From assembly GCA_052035235.1 (NCBI GenBank), contig JBPOHT010000037.1, positions 16,759-80,758 on the forward strand: 64,000 nt of DNA, read 5' to 3'. The notes beneath the pieces are model-generated. The model did no database searches. It saw only the letters and a program-made list of their open reading frames with translations, and was not told where the DNA came from. A program made the translations under genes and the position numbers. This document shows, in pieces, positions 27,434 to 34,253 of the stretch; position 1 is the stretch's first letter; each line of letters opens with the position of its first letter. This stretch comes from Pseudomonadota bacterium. Its GTDB lineage: Bacteria > Pseudomonadota > Gammaproteobacteria > Nevskiales > Nevskiaceae.

Positions 27434-27442
27434 CGGCGTAAA

Positions 27443-27757
27443 TTAGTCAACCTCTCTAACGCATTGATCCACTCGATGCAAAGTGATGTCGAGCGCCTTC
27501 GTCCGGCTGTTTAGCTCCTCCAGCATTCCACGGAGCCGATCAACTTCAGCGGATACATATCGGGCATGCGCCAGGGTCTCACCACCCTCAGCTGCACCAC
27601 GCCAACCACCCCCGAACGCATAAAAATTCAACACCACCGGCAACACAGCAAACCACCACGGCGAGCTGGCCGCCAGGCATGCAATTAGCCAAATCATGGA
27701 GGTAATACTGACTCCGTAGACACGGCGCATGGTTAAGGGCTTTGTGCCGCTCATCAT
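27443..27757 (-). CDS. Membrane protein with C-terminal coiled-coil (moron-like)
   Basis: AGGAG RBS; hydrophobic IWLIACLAASSPWWFAVLPVVLNF; AT-richer than its neighbours. Confidence 0.5.
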   Translation of the reverse strand: MMSGTKPLTMRRVYGVSITSMIWLIACLAASSPWWFAVLPVVLNFYAFGGGWRGAAEGGETLAHARYVSAEVDRLRGMLEELNSRTKALDITLHRVDQCVREVD

Positions 27758-27817
27758 GGTTCTCCTAAACGTGGCCCGCAGAATATCACTCTGCATGACT
27801 ACCGTTCGTCGGAAAAT

Positions 27818-27870
27818 GTAACTTTGCTTACATTGTAATGTTGCCATGCTTACGTAAGCATGTTTACTAT
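27818..27870 (+). promoter_or_regulatory. Early (pL-like) promoter with three operators, upstream of the DGR-containing operon
   Basis: Operators at 27818-27831, 27840-27853 and 27854-27867; TTGCCA-N18-TACTAT (27841-27870). Confidence 0.65.
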
Positions 27871-27894
27871 GCTCCCACACCCCAGGGAGCACCC

Positions 27895-28335
27895 ATGACC
27901 ACCATCCAGAAGCTCGACGCCGCCGGCAACCTCCTGCCCGCCGACACCACCGCCCACGCCATCCTCGTCATCAACGGCCTGCGCATCGACGTGCGCCCCC
28001 GCGAGTTCTCCGAGAACCACGCCGCCGCCATGGCCGAGTGCCAGGCCGTGGACCTGCTGGGCCTGACCTGGCGCGCCGCCACCCGCCGCGAAGTCCTCGC
28101 CCTCGTGGACGACGAGAACCCCAACGGCCCCTTCGACAAGACCCTCTTCCCCAACCTGCCGGAATACGGCTGGCTCTGGACCTCCACTCCCTACGCCCGC
28201 GAGGAAGACCCTGCCGCTCCGGTTTGTGCCTGGGGCGTCCCCCTCTACGACGGCGACGCCCACCTCGCCAACCGCCGCTACGAAGGGCTCGCCCTCCCCG
28301 TGTCGCCGTTGGCCGCGCCCGCCAGTCAGTCCTAG
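27895..28335 (+). CDS. DGR target protein 1 (DUF1566/Lcl C-type-lectin-like, 146 aa)
   Basis: WRAAT..E...D...P..D...FP.....WTST...AWGV; 3' end carries VR1. Confidence 0.85.
   Translation: MTTIQKLDAAGNLLPADTTAHAILVINGLRIDVRPREFSENHAAAMAECQAVDLLGLTWRAATRREVLALVDDENPNGPFDKTLFPNLPEYGWLWTSTPYAREEDPAAPVCAWGVPLYDGDAHLANRRYEGLALPVSPLAAPASQS
28211..28326 (+). repeat. DGR variable repeat VR1
   Basis: 116 bp, 13 mismatches to TR, all at TR adenines. Confidence 0.95.
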
Positions 28336-28380
28336 GGCCTTGGGGCTTTTCCTCCTCAATCCATCACCGGAGTTCCATTC

Positions 28381-28818
28381 GTGACCACCATCCAGAAGCT
28401 CGACGCCGCCGGCAACCAACTGCCCGCCGACACCACCGCCCACGCCATCCTCGTCATCAACGGCCTGCGCATCGACGTGCGCCCCCGCACCAAGAAGGCC
28501 TGGGCCAAGGCCATCGGCAGCTGCGATGAAGGCGATCTGCTCGCGCTCCCCTGGCGAGCCGCCACCCTGCCGGAAGTCCTGTCCGTAGCCGACTTCAACA
28601 ACCCCAACGGCCCCTTCGACAAGACCCTCTTCCCCAACCTGCCGGAATACGGCTGGCTCTGGACCTCCACCCCCTACGCCCGCGAGGAAGACCCTGCCGC
28701 TCCGGTTTGTGCCTGGGGCGTCGACCTCTGCGACGGCTACGCCGACATCGGCGGCCGCTACGACGAAGGGCTCGCCCTCCCCGTGTCGCCGTTGGCCGCG
28801 CCCGCCAGTCAGTCCTAG
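28381..28818 (+). CDS. DGR target protein 2 (145 aa)
   Basis: Paralog of target 1; GTG start; 3' end carries VR2. Confidence 0.85.
   Translation: MTTIQKLDAAGNQLPADTTAHAILVINGLRIDVRPRTKKAWAKAIGSCDEGDLLALPWRAATLPEVLSVADFNNPNGPFDKTLFPNLPEYGWLWTSTPYAREEDPAAPVCAWGVDLCDGYADIGGRYDEGLALPVSPLAAPASQS
28694..28809 (+). repeat. DGR variable repeat VR2
   Basis: 116 bp, 13 mismatches to TR, all at TR adenines. Confidence 0.95.
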
Positions 28819-28896
28819 GGCTTTGGGGCTTTCCCTTCCATCCATGCGGAACGCAGCGATGCCTATCGACATCACCCATCACCAGGAAGCCCGCGC

Positions 28897-29115
28897 ATGA
28901 GCGGCGTCACCCGCATCGGCTCTGTGGTCGTGGAAACCACAGACCGTGCCCTGGCGCTGCGCGTGGCCCAGGCCGCTGCCAGCGTGCTGGAACACCGCGG
29001 CTTCATGCGCACCGAGGGTGTTGCCGTGCGCTGGGCCAGCGCCTGGCACTACGACGAGCACGGCTTCGGCAGCTCGGAGAGCGGCGCGGCTGCCGGCAAC
29101 CAGGAACAGGGGTAG
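28897..29115 (+). CDS. Hypothetical phage protein
   Basis: 72 aa in the early operon; AGGA upstream. Confidence 0.45.
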   Translation: MSGVTRIGSVVVETTDRALALRVAQAAASVLEHRGFMRTEGVAVRWASAWHYDEHGFGSSESGAAAGNQEQG

Positions 29116-29118
29116 ACC

Positions 29119-29307
29119 ATGACCACCTCACTGCCGCCCGGCTCCTTCACCGCGCCCCACCCGGAGGACTCCTGCCACTCGCAGCCCGACGCACCGGCCG
29201 AGCGCATCGGCGAGTGCGACCTGTGCGGCGAGGTGGACCATCACCTGGTGCAGGGCTCCTGCGAAACCTGCCGCCGCCACTACCGCATGGAGGCTGGCCA
29301 ATGCTGA
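29119..29307 (+). CDS. Small protein with CxxC..CxxC zinc-finger motif
   Basis: ECDLCGEVDHHLVQGSCETC. Confidence 0.5.
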   Translation: MTTSLPPGSFTAPHPEDSCHSQPDAPAERIGECDLCGEVDHHLVQGSCETCRRHYRMEAGQC

Positions 29308-29465
29308 CCATCCAGCGCGTGGAAGCGGCGCCGCTGGCCGGCATCCCCATCAGTCAGGCCGAGCTGCGTGGCGTGACGGTGGACGACTTCCTGCGCCGCG
29401 CCCTGGCGCGCGGCTTCGCCGTGGCCCAGCACAAATCCACGTTCTTCCTCGTCCGCATCCACTGA
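29301..29465 (+). CDS. Hypothetical phage protein (54 aa)
   Basis: GGAGG RBS at 29289; MLTIQRVEAAP... Confidence 0.5.
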   Translation: MLTIQRVEAAPLAGIPISQAELRGVTVDDFLRRALARGFAVAQHKSTFFLVRIH

Positions 29466-29476
29466 CGGAGATCCCC

Positions 29477-29725
29477 ATGCGCAAGCCTATCCCGCCCATT
29501 GTCCTGCAGGAAAACTTCAAACCGCAGTCGCTGGAAGTGCAGAAGCAAACCCTCGCCCGCCTGGTGCACGAGACGGACCTGGACCAGAACCGCGGCTGGC
29601 TGCATCCCAACGTCGCCGCGCTCCGCCGCTACGACCTCAAGTCGATCTTCCACACCCTCTCGAATCTGCCGGCGCCGGTTGCAGCCGGCGAGCCCACCCA
29701 GCCCTCCAGCCAGGAAGCCGCATGA
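29477..29725 (+). CDS. Hypothetical phage protein
   Basis: GGAG RBS; ATGA overlap with the next gene. Confidence 0.55.
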   Translation: MRKPIPPIVLQENFKPQSLEVQKQTLARLVHETDLDQNRGWLHPNVAALRRYDLKSIFHTLSNLPAPVAAGEPTQPSSQEAA

Positions 29726-30234
29726 ACCTGTTCCAGCGCTTTGCCCAGTGGCTCATCCAGCGCGCCAGCGCGCGCGCGCCGGACTTCATCATCGGCGAGC
29801 GTGCCGAGCCGTACATCCGCCGCTGGTGGGTGATCCCGCGCAACCCGTTCTTCAACATCTACCTGCACGAGATCCTGCGCGGCGACCCTGACCGCGCCCT
29901 GCACTGCCACCCCTGGGCCAACGTCTCCATCCTGCTCCAGGGCGGCTATATCGAGCGCCTACCGCTGCGCCAGGCGCAACAGCCGAGCTGGGACTACGTG
30001 CCCGGCTACACCTATGACGTGGTGCGCAAGGCCGGGCAGGCCTGGGGGCGCCTCGGCCACTTCCGCCATCGGCTGTTCGTGCCGGAGGGCGGCCACTGCT
30101 GGAGCCTGTTCCTCACCGGGCCGGTGTATCGCCGCTGGGGCTTCCACTGCAAGGCCGACTGGGTCTACTGGCGCGATTACGTCAGCGACAAGGACAAGGG
30201 CCTGGTTGGGCGCGGCTGCGGGGAGCATGCATGA
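29722..30234 (+). CDS. Cupin-like phage protein
   Basis: YLHEILRGD.DRALHCHPW..S.LLQGGY.E ... FRHRL ... WSLFLTGP...WGF. Confidence 0.6.
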   Translation: MNLFQRFAQWLIQRASARAPDFIIGERAEPYIRRWWVIPRNPFFNIYLHEILRGDPDRALHCHPWANVSILLQGGYIERLPLRQAQQPSWDYVPGYTYDVVRKAGQAWGRLGHFRHRLFVPEGGHCWSLFLTGPVYRRWGFHCKADWVYWRDYVSDKDKGLVGRGCGEHA

Positions 30235-30428
30235 GCGCCACCCAGAACCACCCCGGCACGCCGCGCTGCGCGGACTGCACGCTGCCCATGCACGGCACCG
30301 ACCAGCACGAAGGCCCGGACCAGAAGCTCTATCACGGCGCCTGCTTTGGCCGCCTCTTCACCACGGCGCGCCACTACCAGGAAGGCCAGGGCAATCTGAG
30401 CTTTGCTCACGAAGAGCAGCGGGAGTAA
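30231..30428 (+). CDS. Small Cys/His-containing phage protein
   Basis: CADC...YHGAC; ATGA-coupled. Confidence 0.45.
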   Translation: MSATQNHPGTPRCADCTLPMHGTDQHEGPDQKLYHGACFGRLFTTARHYQEGQGNLSFAHEEQRE

Positions 30429-30507
30429 TGGGATGTTGCTTCCTGAAATTCCCACACGTGGTCACTCGACAGCGGCCGAGCCGACGCAATTCCAAGGGGA
30501 TTCGTAA

Positions 30508-30960
30508 ATGATCGCCGAAGAAATGGCAGAGCACATCATCAAGGGCACGGCGCCGGACCGGAAGACGCTGTGCGGGTGGTATGAGGCCCTGCAACAGGCA
30601 CCGTCCGCAGGCGCAGCAATTGCTGTAGTACGCCACAAGCCGTGCAAGAACCACGGCGGGCGCCCGGATGTTCAGTCGAACATCGACTGGCTGGGCGAAC
30701 CTCCCGCAGAAGGAACCCACCTATTTGCCGGGACGAGGACCGCAGATGGCGTCTCCGATAGCTTCCGCGCCGACGCACTCTACTCCGCCCTCACCCAGGT
30801 CATGGAGTTGCTGCGTCAGGATAGTGATGACCCTGAAGACCCCATGTCGAATTTCCGGTTCGACTCTCGCTGGGAGGAGATAGCGGAGGTCGCGGATGCG
30901 GCGCTGGAGTTACACGCCGAATCGAATCTGCTGCGATCAGGGCAACCCAAGGGCCGCTAG
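30508..30960 (+). CDS. Hypothetical phage protein
   Basis: 150-aa ORF in operon orientation. Confidence 0.5.
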   Translation: MIAEEMAEHIIKGTAPDRKTLCGWYEALQQAPSAGAAIAVVRHKPCKNHGGRPDVQSNIDWLGEPPAEGTHLFAGTRTADGVSDSFRADALYSALTQVMELLRQDSDDPEDPMSNFRFDSRWEEIAEVADAALELHAESNLLRSGQPKGR

Positions 30961-31036
30961 CCGCCCTGATCGCCGCGAACTACCACCACGCATCCCGCCG
31001 CGCCAAAGCGGCCTGACCCACCCACCCGAGAAACCC

Positions 31037-31618
31037 ATGACCAATCTCAGCATCATCCTCGCCGCCGGCGACAGCATCCGCATTTCGCGGCATGGCGCCC
31101 AGACCACCATGCTTCTGGAGGATTGCCAGGCGCTGCAGTCCGCGCCCACGGTCGGCACTGCCGGAGCCTGCACGCAGCCGCGCCACACCAAGCTGGATGC
31201 CAGCGGCACCGAGCTGCCCCTCACCAGCCGCGATCACTCCTTCCTGATCGACCGCAAGGCCGGCCTGATCATCGACGTGCGCGCCCTGCATCGCGGCAAC
31301 CACGAGAGCTGCACCCGCTTCGCCGCCGAGTCCAAGGCCCTGGACCGCACCTGGCGCCTGGGCACCGTGGAGGAGCTGTTCCTCTACGTCGCCGACCGCA
31401 CCAAGCAGGACCCCGCCGTCGATCGGGACCTGTTCCCGCGCCTGGGCAACGACTTGCTCTGGACCTGCACGCCGGATGCAAAGCCGTCCGATCCTGCCGC
31501 TCCGGTTTATGCCTGGGGCGTCAACCTCAGCAACGGCCTCGCCGGCGTCAGCAACCGCAACCGCGAAGGGCTCGCCCTCCCCGTGTCGCCGTTGGCCGCG
31601 CCCGCCAGTCAGTCCTAG
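31037..31618 (+). CDS. DGR target protein 3 (193 aa, with an N-terminal extension)
   Basis: HTKLDASG, IDRKAGL, WRLGTVEEL, DRDLFP, LWTCT; 3' end carries VR3. Confidence 0.85.
   Translation: MTNLSIILAAGDSIRISRHGAQTTMLLEDCQALQSAPTVGTAGACTQPRHTKLDASGTELPLTSRDHSFLIDRKAGLIIDVRALHRGNHESCTRFAAESKALDRTWRLGTVEELFLYVADRTKQDPAVDRDLFPRLGNDLLWTCTPDAKPSDPAAPVYAWGVNLSNGLAGVSNRNREGLALPVSPLAAPASQS
31494..31609 (+). repeat. DGR variable repeat VR3
   Basis: 116 bp, 9 mismatches to TR, all at TR adenines. Confidence 0.95.
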
Positions 31619-31660
31619 GGCTTTGGGCTGCGACCTTTCAATCCACACCGGAGACTCTTC

Positions 31661-32098
31661 GTGACCAAGATCCTAAAGTACGACGCCAAGGGAAACCTGC
31701 TGCCGGCGGATTCCACCAAGCACGCCATCCTGCTGGTCAACGATCTGCGCATCGACGTGCGCAAGCGCAAGGCCGTGCCGCATGCCCAGGCCATGGCCCA
31801 GTGCGCCAAGGTGAATCTGCTGGGTGCCACCTGGCGCTCCGCCACGGTTCGCGAGGCCTGGGCGCTGGCGGACCTCACCAACCCGAACGGGCCGTTCGAC
31901 AAGAACCTGTTCCCGCACTTCCCGGAATACGGCTGGCTCTGGACGTCCGACCCCTATGCCCGCGAGGCCGATTCTGCCGCTCCGGTTTTTGCCTGGGGCG
32001 TCGGCCTCCCCAACGGCTTCGCCTACGTCGGCAGCCGCCACTACGAAGGGCTCGCCCTCCCCGTGTCGCCGTTGGCCGCGCCCGCCAGTCAGTCCTAG
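31661..32098 (+). CDS. DGR target protein 4 (145 aa)
   Basis: Paralog of targets 1 and 2; 3' end carries VR4; directly upstream of avd. Confidence 0.85.
   Translation: MTKILKYDAKGNLLPADSTKHAILLVNDLRIDVRKRKAVPHAQAMAQCAKVNLLGATWRSATVREAWALADLTNPNGPFDKNLFPHFPEYGWLWTSDPYAREADSAAPVFAWGVGLPNGFAYVGSRHYEGLALPVSPLAAPASQS
31974..32089 (+). repeat. DGR variable repeat VR4
   Basis: 116 bp, 14 mismatches to TR, all at TR adenines. Confidence 0.95.
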
Positions 32099-32114
32099 GG
32101 CATAGGGGCTTTTA

Positions 32115-32558
32115 ATGTCTTTTGACCTGCCGCCGATCATCAAGAAAGCCGAGCTTGTCCGGGCCATGGCCGAGGCCGCCGTAGCGACGTGGCCGCGCCA
32201 TCACCGGTATGCGCACGGCGGTGAGCTGCGGCGGCAGGCAAAGGAAGTGGTACGCCTGGCCCACAAGGCCTGGACGGACCGCGGCGAGCGGCCGCAGCAC
32301 CTGACCAGCCTCGCCGCGGCGGTCGATGACCTCAAGGCCGATCTGCGCCTAGGCCAGATGATCCGGGTGTTCCGGAGCTTCGGGCAGTTCGACGCGATCA
32401 TGGTCGAGGCCAAAGACCTCGGGAAACAATGCGGAGCCCTGAAAAGACGGCATCCGCTGCAGGAGCACTCCAAGGGCCAGAATGCGCAGGCCTCTCGCGC
32501 CGGCGCAGCGCGCCCAGATACTGAGTACCCCGGCCGCCTCGCAGGGGCCATGGGATGA
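32115..32558 (+). CDS. avd: DGR accessory variability determinant (Avd, four-helix bundle)
   Basis: Basic helical protein: WPRHHRYAHGGELRR, LKADLRLG, LGKQCGAL; sits between target and TR/RT. Confidence 0.8.
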   Translation: MSFDLPPIIKKAELVRAMAEAAVATWPRHHRYAHGGELRRQAKEVVRLAHKAWTDRGERPQHLTSLAAAVDDLKADLRLGQMIRVFRSFGQFDAIMVEAKDLGKQCGALKRRHPLQEHSKGQNAQASRAGAARPDTEYPGRLAGAMG

Positions 32559-33910
32559 CGAAGCCTGCCTACGCCAACACGGGATGGCCGGCCTGGTCCA
32601 AAGAGTCGGGGGACGCTGCCGCTCCGGTTTATGCCTGGGGCGTCAACCTCAACAACGGCAACGCCAACATCAACAACCGCAACAACGAAGGGCTCGCCCT
32701 CCCCGTGTCGCCGTTGGCCGCGCCCGCCAGTGAGTATCAGAGTGCGGGGCGCATCAGCCGACAGGATCTGTTCAAGGCCTTCTGGACTGCCCGCAAGGGC
32801 AAGGTGCCCAGCTGCAACCGCATGCGCTTCGAAGCCGACTGGCACGAGCGCATCACCTTCCTGGAGCAGCAGATCAACAGCCACATGTGGCTGCCGCTGC
32901 CCACGTCCGTCTTCGTGGCAGAAACCCCCAAGGCCCGGCAGATCCACGCGCCGGACTTCGAGGACCGCGTCGTCCACCACTGGATCGTGCCCAAGCTGGA
33001 ACAGCGCTACGAGCCCATCTTCATCGCGGACTCCTACGCCAACCGTCGCGGCAAAGGCTGCCACGCCGCCGTGCGCCAGCTCACTCGCTTCGTCCGCCAG
33101 GTCGCCAGCGGCCAGGGCCGCGGCTGGTATCTGCAGCTCGATATCGCCAACTGCTTCAACTCCATCAACCGCAAGCGCCTCTGGCGCATGGTCCGCCGCA
33201 TGATGCAGCGCTGGCGCATGCCGGAGATCGAGCAGCGCGTCGTGCACGCCCTGCTCCGCCGCTCCCCGCTGGAGCAGGGCATCCGCAGCCGTGCCTCACC
33301 GGCGCAGCTGGCCAAGGTCCCGTACCACAAGCGCCTGGAGGCCGCGGCGCCCGGCTGCGGACTTCCCATCGGCAGCCTGCCCAGCCAGTTCCTGGCCAAC
33401 GTCTACCTCAACGCCCTGGACCAGTTCGTCAAGCACGTCCTCAAGGCCAAGCGCTACCTGCGCTACGCCGACGACTTCGTCCTGGTCCACGAGAGCCGCG
33501 AGCAGCTCCAGACCTGGCACCGCCAGATCGAGGCCTTCCTGCACCGCGAGCTGGGCCTGCGCCTGAAGGACGACGTCCGCCTGCGGCCGCTGGAAGACGG
33601 CATCGACTTCCTGGGCTACATCGTGCGCCCCACCCACACCCTCGTGCGCCGCCGCGTCGTCACCCACGCCAAGACCAAGCTACAGGCCTGGGAGCGCGCC
33701 CACGTGCGCGCAGACGCCATCGTCGCCACGCCAGAGGCCCTGCGCGCCGGGCTCGCGGTCTGGCGCAGCTACCAGGGCCATTTCCAGCACGCCAATACGC
33801 ACAGGCTCCAGCAGGGCCTGCAGGAGCGCTTCCCCTGGCTGCCCGCGCTCCAACGCCGGCGGCGCACCGATCACAGGCATGAAGGCCGGACATTGAGGAT
33901 TGCCATATGA
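32555..33910 (+). CDS. DGR reverse transcriptase (TR in frame at the 5' end; start uncertain)
   Basis: ARKGK, RQIHAPDFEDRVVHH, FIADSYANRRGKG.H, LQLDIANCFNSI, GLPIGSLPSQFLANVYL, YLRYADDF, IDFLGY. Confidence 0.95.
   Translation: MTKPAYANTGWPAWSKESGDAAAPVYAWGVNLNNGNANINNRNNEGLALPVSPLAAPASEYQSAGRISRQDLFKAFWTARKGKVPSCNRMRFEADWHERITFLEQQINSHMWLPLPTSVFVAETPKARQIHAPDFEDRVVHHWIVPKLEQRYEPIFIADSYANRRGKGCHAAVRQLTRFVRQVASGQGRGWYLQLDIANCFNSINRKRLWRMVRRMMQRWRMPEIEQRVVHALLRRSPLEQGIRSRASPAQLAKVPYHKRLEAAAPGCGLPIGSLPSQFLANVYLNALDQFVKHVLKAKRYLRYADDFVLVHESREQLQTWHRQIEAFLHRELGLRLKDDVRLRPLEDGIDFLGYIVRPTHTLVRRRVVTHAKTKLQAWERAHVRADAIVATPEALRAGLAVWRSYQGHFQHANTHRLQQGLQERFPWLPALQRRRRTDHRHEGRTLRIAI
32616..32731 (+). ncRNA. 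DGR template repeat (TR)
   Basis: Nine AAC codons plus TAT and ATC; A-rich master copy of the four VRs; lies between avd and the RT core. Confidence 0.93.
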
Positions 33911-34251
33911 CGCAGAACACCAACACCGAGCGCGACAGCATGAACGCCACACCCATTCGGGTTTTTGTGATGAACGACATGGAGTGGTGGGCAGGCGCAT
34001 GCACCCCCGAGGAAATGCTCGCCTACTACATGCATGAGACGGGCGTTACTCGCGAGGAAGCGCTGGGCGATGACGATCCCAATGCGCTGCCGGAGCCGCT
34101 GACCGACGAGCAGATGGACAAGCTCCGCATTGCCGAGGTGGACGAAAACGAGCGCCCGACCGGCCAGCGCCCCACCTTCCGCGAGGCCCTGGACGCCATG
34201 ATCGCAGCGGGCCAGGAATTCCCATGCCTGTTTGCCTCAACGGAGTGGTAG
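33907..34251 (+). CDS. Hypothetical acidic phage protein
   Basis: ATGA overlap with the RT stop. Confidence 0.6.
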   Translation: MTQNTNTERDSMNATPIRVFVMNDMEWWAGACTPEEMLAYYMHETGVTREEALGDDDPNALPEPLTDEQMDKLRIAEVDENERPTGQRPTFREALDAMIAAGQEFPCLFASTEW

Positions 34252-34253
34252 CC

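Noticed and set aside
27838-27894. N-terminal extensions in the ORF track for target 1 (also target 3, portal, tailspike, scaffold neighbours, radical SAM)
   Set aside because: They overlap promoters, operators or upstream genes. Downstream starts have RBSs and match paralog or family N-termini.
28211-32731. Five near-identical 116-bp repeats as a possible CRISPR array or REP family
   Set aside because: Irregular spacing, all within reading frames, no cas genes, and adenine-restricted differences show they are DGR VR/TR.
32555-33910. RT as a group II intron, retron or Abi RT
   Set aside because: No maturase or endonuclease domain, intron RNA or msr-msd was recognised. The GxxxSQ motif, Avd and TR/VR pairs identify a DGR RT.
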